Part shown: piece by piece, positions 56,853 to 64,000 of the stretch
How positions within the stretch are numbered: the stretch's first letter is position 1
Layout: every line of letters starts with the position of its first letter
Source of the DNA: Planctomycetota bacterium
Lineage (GTDB): Bacteria; Planctomycetota; UBA1135; UBA2386
Direction: 5' to 3'
DNA: 64,000 nucleotides
Assembly: GCA_947501605.1 (NCBI GenBank)
Contig: CANMWZ010000005.1
Coordinates: 32,001-96,000 of the forward strand
Translations under genes and position numbers: made by a program
Notes under the pieces: generated by a model
What the model was told of the DNA's origin: nothing
What the model saw: the letters and a program-made list of their open reading frames with translations, nothing else
Database searches by the model: none

Positions 56853-57841
56853 GCGACGGTATCTCGCCGCTGCGGCAAGCACTCTGGCCCTTCAGCCTCT
56901 GCTATGGAGTGGTCGCAGCACTGCGCAACCTGGCGTTCGACGCGCGGTGGCGGCGGGTGCACCGGGCCGCAACGCCTGTGCTGTCCGTCGGCAATCTGTC
57001 CGTGGGTGGCACCGGCAAGACGCCCACGGTGCTGTGGCTCTGTGAGCTGTTGCGCGCCCGCGGCGAACGCCCAGGCGTGCTGGCGCGCGGCTATGGTCGA
57101 GCGCCGGGGGCGAAGCTGAATGACGAAGGTGCGATGCTCCAGCGCCGCCTACCGTGGCTGCTGCAGGAGCAAGATCCTGACCGCGTTGCGGGTGCCGCGC
57201 GACTGTCGGCACAGGGGGCGTCGGTGATCGTGCTCGACGACGGTTTCCAGCACCGGCGACTTCATCGCGACCTCGATCTGGTCTGCGTCGACGCCGAGCT
57301 GCCGTTTGGCAACAACCAGTGCCTGCCATCCGGGGATCTGCGCGAATGGCCGGGGAGCCTGCGGCGCGCCGACCTCGTGCTGCTGACGCGCGCCGGTGCG
57401 TTGACGGCGCCGCAGCTCCTGGCGCGCGTTCGCCGCATGCGCCAACTGGCCAACAAGCCGTCGCTGCCGATCTACGCCTGTGATCACGCCCCCGTAGACT
57501 TGCTCCACCAGCCCGCTGGCACAGTGCTACCGCTGTCGCGACTCGACGGTGCAGCGGTCGTGCTGCTGACCGCGGTGGCCCGACCCGACAGCGTGCGGCG
57601 CACGGCCCAATCGCTGGGTGCCAACGTCGTCGACGAGATCCGCTACCGCGATCACCATCGCTTCACGCCCGCCGAACTCGCCGCCGCAGACGCCGCAGCG
57701 CGCACGCATTCGGCGTTGCTGCTGACGACCGAGAAGGACGATGCGCGGATGCTCGATAGCGCCCACGAGAGGTTCGTTTTGCGCATTGGGCTGCACTTCC
57801 TCGAGGGTGCGCCCACGGCTCATGATTTGGGACTGCCATGA
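56849..57841 (+). CDS. lpxK: Tetraacyldisaccharide 4'-kinase
   Basis: Motifs SVGNLSVGGTGKTP, RGYG, LDDGFQH, DHH and TTEKD. Confidence 0.93.
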   Translation: MSDGISPLRQALWPFSLCYGVVAALRNLAFDARWRRVHRAATPVLSVGNLSVGGTGKTPTVLWLCELLRARGERPGVLARGYGRAPGAKLNDEGAMLQRRLPWLLQEQDPDRVAGAARLSAQGASVIVLDDGFQHRRLHRDLDLVCVDAELPFGNNQCLPSGDLREWPGSLRRADLVLLTRAGALTAPQLLARVRRMRQLANKPSLPIYACDHAPVDLLHQPAGTVLPLSRLDGAAVVLLTAVARPDSVRRTAQSLGANVVDEIRYRDHHRFTPAELAAADAAARTHSALLLTTEKDDARMLDSAHERFVLRIGLHFLEGAPTAHDLGLP

Positions 57842-58767
57842 GAATCCGCCTTCGCCACCGTGTGGTTTACTGGCTCGGGCGCACAGCGATCGGCCTCGCG
57901 GCGATCGTGCCGCAGTGGCTCGGTTACGGCCTTGCTGCGGCGCTCGGGCGGCTCTACTTCCGCTGCAGTCGTCGCCGGCAGGACTGTGCGCTGCGGTTCT
58001 TGAAGGCCGCATACCCGGATCGAGGGGATCGCGAATTGTGGCGTCTCGGCGCGGTTGCGACCGGCAATGTGTTCAAGGTCCCGATCGATATGGCGCGGTT
58101 GACGAGCCTGCTCGCGCGCGGCGGTTCGCTACGTTCGGTCGTGGACATGAACCTGCTCGAGGGCGACTTGCCGAAGCAGCCCTACTTGGGCGTGACAGCG
58201 CATCTCGGCAGTTGGGAGATCGCCGCCGTGACGATGGCCTACCTCGCGGGCAACGCTCACTCGGTCGCGCGCGTGTTCAAGAATCCGCTGCTCGAACGGT
58301 GGATCTTGAAGAACCGGAGCATGAGTGGGCTGCACGTTCATCCGCGTCGAGGCGGCATCAAGCCACTGGCGGCCGCGTTGCGCGAGGGTGGCGTCGGGCT
58401 GCAGGTGGTCGATCAGCACCAGCGCCTGCGCGGCGTGATCGCGCCGTTTTTTGGGCGGCTGGCGAGTTGTGAACGCGCGGCCGCGAGCCTTGCTTTGCGC
58501 AGCGGCTACCCGATGGTGGTAGGGGGGGCGGTGCGCGTGGGCAAGGGTTTCCGTTTCCGCATGGTGCACGCGCCGGTGTTCGTGCCGAGGGACACGGGCG
58601 ATCGCGACGCCGACCTGCTGGCGACGGTGGTTGCGATCAACGAGCGAATGGAGGGTCTGATCCGCGCGCACCCAGAGCAGTATCTCTGGATCCACGATCG
58701 CTATCGCACGAACCTCGAAACCGACACGGGCCTCGAAACCGACACGAGCCTCGAAACCGAGCAGTAG
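57838..58767 (+). CDS. lpxL: Lipid A late acyltransferase (LpxL/HtrB family)
   Basis: Motifs HLGSWE, DQ, FFG and PEQYLWIHDRY. Confidence 0.87.
   Translation: MRIRLRHRVVYWLGRTAIGLAAIVPQWLGYGLAAALGRLYFRCSRRRQDCALRFLKAAYPDRGDRELWRLGAVATGNVFKVPIDMARLTSLLARGGSLRSVVDMNLLEGDLPKQPYLGVTAHLGSWEIAAVTMAYLAGNAHSVARVFKNPLLERWILKNRSMSGLHVHPRRGGIKPLAAALREGGVGLQVVDQHQRLRGVIAPFFGRLASCERAAASLALRSGYPMVVGGAVRVGKGFRFRMVHAPVFVPRDTGDRDADLLATVVAINERMEGLIRAHPEQYLWIHDRYRTNLETDTGLETDTSLETEQ
58713..58760 (+). repeat. 18-bp tandem repeat, about 2.7 copies (LETDT[G/S])
   Basis: cctcgaaaccgacacggg cctcgaaaccgacacgag cctcgaaaccga. Confidence 0.85.
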
Positions 58768-59031
58768 GGCTGCGCGCCGCGCCACGGTCGAAGGTCGTCG
58801 GGCGGCACGCGGCCATGGCGGGGCGATGCCGGTTCCCTCGCTCCGTCGCTCGCACACGGCGCCCGCTCTGGAGTTTGGCAGTGGCACTCGATCCTGCCCA
58901 CAGTCGCGTTGGTGGTGCTGGTCTGCACCTAGAGCGCGCTCGTCCGGTGTGCCTTCCGTCGATGCGCTGCGGTCAACTCACGCTCCATCGTGGACGCGCG
59001 GCCCTCCGTCGCGCACGATGCTGCGCTCGCG

Positions 59032-60003
59032 ATGAGCGTGTCCGACCAGAGCCCTGAATCGAGCCCCCGCCCCCTGCGCATCCGGCCGCTTGCCGAGCGC
59101 AAGAACCTCGTCGACAAGCGCGACTTCGCCAAGGTGCTGCCGCCGGCACCTGGGTTCTTGCAGTGGTTCGAGGCCCTTCCGGATATCTACGGCAGCAAGA
59201 ACCTGAAGAAGGTCGTCGACCGAATCGTCACCGCGCGCCAGCACGGCCGCGAGGTCGGCATGTCCCTCGGGGCCCACGTGCTCAAGGTCGGGCTTTCCCC
59301 GTTGCTGATCGACTTGATGCGCCGCGGCTTTGTGACCCATGTCGCGACCAACGGCGCCTCCGCGATCCACGACTGGGAGACGGCCTACCAGGGTGCCACC
59401 AGCGAGGACGTCGCCCAAAACCTGCCCGACGGCTCGTTCGGCTTTTGGCGTGAGACCTTCGCGGGCATCAACGGGGCGACCAAGCGGGCCCACCTGCGCA
59501 ACGAGGGCCTTGGCCTCGCGATCGGTCGCACGATCCTCGAGGGCGACTTGCCCTATCGGCACCTCTCGGTGTTCAGCGAAGCCGCGCGCCTTGGCATCCC
59601 GGCGACAGTTCATGTAGCCATCGGCTGCGACATCGTGCACATGGACCCGGAACTCGATGGCGCCGCACTGGGAGCCTCGACGCTGCAGGATTTCTGGATC
59701 CTCTGCGATTCCGTGGGCAAGCTCGACCAGGGCGTGTGGTTGAACATCGGCTCTGCCGTGATCATGCCCGAGGTCTTCCTCAAGGCCGTCTCGGCCGCTC
59801 GCAACCGAGGCCTCCTCGGCAACGACTTCACGACCTGCAACTTCGATATGTTGCAGCAGTACCGGGCGATGACCAATGTCGTGTCGCGGCCGCCCAAAGA
59901 GGGGCTCTCTGTGCTGGCCATGCATGAGATCGTGCTACCCCTTTTGCACCAAGCCATCCTGTGCACAGCCGAGAGCCGCGGGATGCCGATGGAGCTTCGC
60001 TGA
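59032..60003 (+). CDS. Conserved deoxyhypusine-synthase-like fold protein of unknown function
   Basis: Motifs GAHVLKVGLSP, ATNGASAIHDWE, TSEDV, G.FG.W.ET, TVHVAIGCDIVH, NIGSAVIMPEVFLKA and HEI. Confidence 0.7.
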   Translation: MSVSDQSPESSPRPLRIRPLAERKNLVDKRDFAKVLPPAPGFLQWFEALPDIYGSKNLKKVVDRIVTARQHGREVGMSLGAHVLKVGLSPLLIDLMRRGFVTHVATNGASAIHDWETAYQGATSEDVAQNLPDGSFGFWRETFAGINGATKRAHLRNEGLGLAIGRTILEGDLPYRHLSVFSEAARLGIPATVHVAIGCDIVHMDPELDGAALGASTLQDFWILCDSVGKLDQGVWLNIGSAVIMPEVFLKAVSAARNRGLLGNDFTTCNFDMLQQYRAMTNVVSRPPKEGLSVLAMHEIVLPLLHQAILCTAESRGMPMELR

Positions 60004-61472
60004 TGGACGATTCTCGTCGCCTACGTCAACTCCTCCAGGGACTGCCCAACCCGAAGATCCTCGTGGTGGGTGACCTCATCCTCGATCGCTATGCCGACGG
60101 TCGCACCAGCCGCGTCTCTCCTGAGGCGCCTGTGCTGGTCTTCGAGTTCGACAGCGAACGCTACCTCCTGGGTGGTGCGTGCAACGTTGCTGCCAACCTA
60201 CGCAACCTTGGCGCTGTTACGTCGGTTCTCGGCGTGATCGGCGAAGACGAAGCGGGGCGGACACTGCGCACTCTCCTCGGCAACGACGGCATCGACACCG
60301 AAGTGCTCGTGGTCGATCCAAAGCGGCCAACGACGCGCAAGACCCGCTATGTGGCCAAGACGGCGCAAGTGCTGCGCGTCGACGAGGAGAGCCGGGCACC
60401 GATCAGCGGCTCAACTGAGGAAGGCCTGCTCGCCGTCCTCCAACGTCGTCCGTTCCCGTGGCAGAGCATTCTGCTGAGCGACTATGGCAAGGGCGTCCTG
60501 ACGCCGCGCGTGATCCGCGCTGCGGTCGATGCGGCCAAGACCGTGGGCGGGATCGTCATCGTCGATCCCAAGGGCAAGGACTACTCGATCTACCGCGGGG
60601 TCGATCTGTTGACGCCCAATCGCGAAGAGGCCGAGGCCGCAACGGCGATCTCGATCAAGGGCAAACCCGAACTGCACCAAGCAGCAAAGCGCTTGCGCGA
60701 AGTGACCGGGATCAAGACCGTCACGATCACGCTCGGCAAGGACGGCATCTTCTACGAGAACGAAGATGGCTCGCACCGCATCCTGCCGACCGAGGCTCGG
60801 CAAGTCTTCGATGTGACCGGCGCCGGCGACACCGTCGTCGCGGTTCTCACCTTCTGTCAGACCTGCGGCGTCTCGCTGCAGGACAGCCTCGCGTTGGCGA
60901 ACATCGCTGCCAGTATCACGGTCGGCAAGTTCGGCACTTGGGCGCCAAGTCGTCAAGAAGTGATGGCGCGTCTTGGTGAACACGGCGGCACCGGGCGCAA
61001 GATCCTGACCCGAGCCGAAGCCGCGGTGGTTGCGACCCGGCTCCGGACCGAGGGGCGCCGGCTGGTGTTCACCAACGGTTGCTTCGACATCCTTCACCCT
61101 GGCCACTGCGAGTACCTGCAGAAGGCTCGCACCTATGGGGATTCGCTCATGGTCGCGGTCAACAGCGACGACAGCGTGCGGCGGCAAGAGAAGGGACCGG
61201 GTCGCCCGATCAACCCGATCGACGACCGCATGGTGGTGCTCTCCGCGCTCGCCTGCGTCGACTACGTCGTGCCGTTTGACGAGGACACGCCAAAGGGCCT
61301 GATCGAGTTGATCACGCCGCAGGTGCTAGCCAAGGGCGAGGATTGGCGCGACAAGGGCGTCGTCGGCCGTGAGTGGGTGGAAACCCACGGCGGCCAGGTC
61401 GTCCTGGTGCCACTGCGGGCCGGCAACTCGACCACTTCGATCGTCGAGCGCATCCTGAAGACACCGAAGTGA
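60003..61472 (+). CDS. hldE: Bifunctional heptose-7-phosphate kinase / heptose-1-phosphate adenylyltransferase
   Basis: Motifs RVSPEAPV, SDYGKG, DVTGAGDT and FTNGCFDILHPGH. Confidence 0.95.
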   Translation: MDDSRRLRQLLQGLPNPKILVVGDLILDRYADGRTSRVSPEAPVLVFEFDSERYLLGGACNVAANLRNLGAVTSVLGVIGEDEAGRTLRTLLGNDGIDTEVLVVDPKRPTTRKTRYVAKTAQVLRVDEESRAPISGSTEEGLLAVLQRRPFPWQSILLSDYGKGVLTPRVIRAAVDAAKTVGGIVIVDPKGKDYSIYRGVDLLTPNREEAEAATAISIKGKPELHQAAKRLREVTGIKTVTITLGKDGIFYENEDGSHRILPTEARQVFDVTGAGDTVVAVLTFCQTCGVSLQDSLALANIAASITVGKFGTWAPSRQEVMARLGEHGGTGRKILTRAEAAVVATRLRTEGRRLVFTNGCFDILHPGHCEYLQKARTYGDSLMVAVNSDDSVRRQEKGPGRPINPIDDRMVVLSALACVDYVVPFDEDTPKGLIELITPQVLAKGEDWRDKGVVGREWVETHGGQVVLVPLRAGNSTTSIVERILKTPK

Positions 61473-61576
61473 CTTCGGCGGAGCGGATCTAGTGTTTGCT
61501 CGGGTGGTGCGGGCGCGGCTATCCTGCGCAGATCCTCACGCCTTCACCTCCTCCTTCCCTCATTGGAGGCAAGCAC

Positions 61577-62089
61577 TTGGTCGTCGTTCCCCGCCGTCAG
61601 TTCATTCGCGACAAGATTCTCACCGACCGCAAGAGCTTGGCTCTGATCCTGAATGGCCTGCGCGCCCAGGGCAAGGTGGTTGTCCTGACGAACGGTGTCT
61701 ATGACTTGTTGCACGTGGGGCACGTGCGATGCCTCGAAGATGCTCGCTCTCGCGGCGACTTCCTCGTGGTCGCCGTCAACAGCGACGCCAGCACCGAGCG
61801 CGGCAAAGGCAAGGGCCATCCCGTTGTGCCCGCTGACGAGCGGATGGAAGTCGTTGCTGGCTTGGGCTTCGTCGACTACGTGACCACCTTCGACGAAGAC
61901 ACTGCCGACAAGTTGATCGAGCAGTTGAAGCCGTCGATCTACGCCAAGGGCACCGAGTACACGATCAAGACGCTGCCGGAGCGCGACACGCTGAAGAAGC
62001 TCGACATCAAGGCGATCTTCGTCGGGGACAAGAAGACGCACAGCTCGAGCAAGCTCGTGCAGAAGATCAAGAAGCGCAAGTTCGCCTGA
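61577..62089 (+). CDS. Stand-alone RfaE-domain-II-like nucleotidyltransferase
   Basis: GGAGG then TTG; motifs TNGVYDLLHVGH, VAVNSD, KG.EY and K.HSSS. Confidence 0.85.
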   Translation: MVVVPRRQFIRDKILTDRKSLALILNGLRAQGKVVVLTNGVYDLLHVGHVRCLEDARSRGDFLVVAVNSDASTERGKGKGHPVVPADERMEVVAGLGFVDYVTTFDEDTADKLIEQLKPSIYAKGTEYTIKTLPERDTLKKLDIKAIFVGDKKTHSSSKLVQKIKKRKFA

Positions 62090-62195
62090 TCGCGACCGCC
62101 GGCCGTGTTCTCGACCCGTAGTGGTGGGCTCCATACCACCGCGGTCTTCGCAGCTGCTCAAGCAGCATGCGAACGGGAGTCGAATGGCGTGAGCG

Positions 62196-63119
62196 ATGGC
62201 CGCCGGAATTGCCACGGAAACCAGACTCGGGCATCTGCCCGTGCCACTCTGCGGCCTCGCCGGTCGCGGCCCGTTGCAGTTCCCGCTGTACCTGCGGACC
62301 ACGGCGGAGACCTTGGTGCTCTATCGCGACACCAACGCGCAAATCGCCGAGGATCAGCTCGAGCGGCTGTTTCAGGAAGGCGTCCGCGAACTGTACATCC
62401 GGCCGACTGATCGAGGCGTCTACCTACACCGCGTCGAGGTCGGGCTCGCCGAGATCCTCAACGACAAGCGGGCGTCCGTTGAGCGTCGCGCGGACGTGTT
62501 GCACGGCGTCGCTGCGATGGTCGCTGACGAGGTGCTGTCGCAGCGGCTCGACCGGGACGGCCTGCAGCGAGTGCAGCGCATGCTGGTCGGCGCCAGCTCG
62601 CTGGTGTTGCGAGAGAAGGGCGCCTTCGGTGCGCTGCGCGGCATGCTCGGTGCGAGTCAGTCGCTGTCGCAACACAGTGTCAGCGTGTCGTTCTTGACGA
62701 TGGGGCTCGCGCGTCAGGTCATGGGCGCCGATCCGACGACGATGGTGCACGCTGGGCTTGGCGGCATGTTTCATGACATCGGTCGCGTCGGCAACGAAGA
62801 CCTCGACCACGACCCCGACCACACCGAGCGCGGCTACCAAACTCTGCGGCAGCTCGGGTTGCCCGTCGAGGTCGCGCAGGTGGCGTTGTCCCACCACGAG
62901 CGGTGGGATGGCACCGGTTTTCCACAGATGCTCCGCGGGCAGGCGATTCCAGCGATGGCGCGTCTGGTTGGCCTCGTCGACGTCTTCGACGAGGTCTACA
63001 GCACGCAAAAGACACCCGTCGGGGTGTTTGATGCGCTGCGCATCCTCGCCGAGGCCTACCGCGGCTGTTTCGAGGATGGCATCGCGATCCAGTTCGTCAA
63101 GCTGTTCCGCCAGGGCTGA
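62196..63119 (+). CDS. HD-GYP domain protein
   Basis: Motifs HSVSV, FHDIG, HTERG, HHERWDGTGFP and DVFD. Confidence 0.85.
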   Translation: MAAGIATETRLGHLPVPLCGLAGRGPLQFPLYLRTTAETLVLYRDTNAQIAEDQLERLFQEGVRELYIRPTDRGVYLHRVEVGLAEILNDKRASVERRADVLHGVAAMVADEVLSQRLDRDGLQRVQRMLVGASSLVLREKGAFGALRGMLGASQSLSQHSVSVSFLTMGLARQVMGADPTTMVHAGLGGMFHDIGRVGNEDLDHDPDHTERGYQTLRQLGLPVEVAQVALSHHERWDGTGFPQMLRGQAIPAMARLVGLVDVFDEVYSTQKTPVGVFDALRILAEAYRGCFEDGIAIQFVKLFRQG

Positions 63120-63237
63120 GCGGCGCCAGCAGAGGGTTGGCTCGCGCGCGAGCGGTGGTCATACTGGGCGCGAGCGGAAGGTGTTGCGCCGGGCTGTGGG
63201 ATCTCCCCTCTAGCCAGGGCTTCCACGCGAGGTGCCC

Positions 63238-64000
63238 ATGACTCTGCCCCGATTGCCTGCTCGCTTCGAACAGGTCGAAGAACTGTCGTCGACGCCACTC
63301 GAGCGCACGTTCCGCGCCGTCGACACGCTGCTGCAACGCGAAGTCCTGCTGCGGCTGCCGCCCGTCGAGGTGTGGAGCGGCTGGTCCGCCGATGTCCGCT
63401 TGCGGCTCCTGCGCGAGGCTCAGGCGCTCGCCAAGATCCAGCACGAAGGTGTCGCGTCCGTGCTGTGGGTCGAGGAGATCGAAGACGGGCTCCTCGTGGT
63501 GCAGAACCCGCCGGTTGGCGAACGGCTCGGCGACGCGCTGCAGCACGGGGCCATGACGGTCGACGCCGTGGTAGTCCTCGGCATCGAACTCGGGGAAGCC
63601 CTGGCCGCCGTGCACATGGCCAACGTGGTCCATCGCGGAGTTGGAGCGGATGCGGTGTGGATCCAGCCGAACGGCCGCGCGCGGCTCGGGGCCTTCCACT
63701 TCGCCAAGGCTCTCGACGCGCGCCTCGGCGGCTCGTCGCTGAATCACGGCTTGCGCAAGAAGCCGGGTGCCGTCGAGGAGGCCATGTGGCTGCCGCCCTA
63801 CTCGGCGCCGGAACAACTCGCGGGCAAGAGTGCCGATGCACGCGCTGACGTGTTCGCGCTCGGGTGCCTGATGTTCCGTTGCCTCACGGGCCACGATCCT
63901 CTGCTCGCGGTCGAAGGCGGCCAGATGCCCGATGTGCGGTCGGCGCGCAAGGACGTGCCGAAGGCGGTCGCGGACGTGGTCCGTCGTTGCATGTTGGTGG
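63238..64000 (+). CDS. Hanks-type Ser/Thr kinase-fold protein, predicted pseudokinase (runs off the window)
   Basis: Absent from the ORF track; translated by hand: MTLPRLPARFEQVEEL...DTLLQREVLLR...LREAQALAKIQH...VVHRGVGADAV...LGAFHFAK...YSAPEQ...ADVFALG. Confidence 0.85.
   Translation, partial: MTLPRLPARFEQVEELSSTPLERTFRAVDTLLQREVLLRLPPVEVWSGWSADVRLRLLREAQALAKIQHEGVASVLWVEEIEDGLLVVQNPPVGERLGDALQHGAMTVDAVVVLGIELGEALAAVHMANVVHRGVGADAVWIQPNGRARLGAFHFAKALDARLGGSSLNHGLRKKPGAVEEAMWLPPYSAPEQLAGKSADARADVFALGCLMFRCLTGHDPLLAVEGGQMPDVRSARKDVPKAVADVVRRCMLV

Overview
GC-rich bacterial chromosomal segment. It is probably Planctomycetota, inferred from the rpoZ type, the CcoN-CcoO fusion and the many secreted FG-GAP, FGE and amidohydrolase proteins. 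It holds about 53 CDS; I saw no rRNA, tRNA, CRISPR array or intact mobile element. Ordinary content: methylmalonyl-CoA mutase (partial), IcmF, a GH29 fucosidase, aceK, a cbb3 oxidase cluster (ccoI-S-NO-Q-P-G), rpoZ and fabD-lpxK-lpxL-(DHS-like)-hldE LPS genes. Standout observations: (1) A 12.8-kb, tightly coupled operon (23549-36342, minus strand) of eight secreted amidohydrolase paralogues carrying nine domains. Only one domain keeps the full metal-ligand set, which suggests a hetero-oligomeric enzyme/pseudoenzyme complex. (2) A secreted FG-GAP/VCBS repeat protein interrupted by an in-frame UGA in a W-U-C context and followed by a bacterial-SECIS-like hairpin, a candidate unrecognised selenoprotein. 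(3) An FGE/CLec-fold gene followed by a truncated fragment resembling an HRDC-type accessory gene, a possible scar of a diversity-generating retroelement. (4) A SulP + DabA + two-membrane-subunit inorganic carbon uptake operon. (5) A DHS-like gene coupled to hldE, and a pseudokinase. All family calls come from motifs read by eye; no searches were run.
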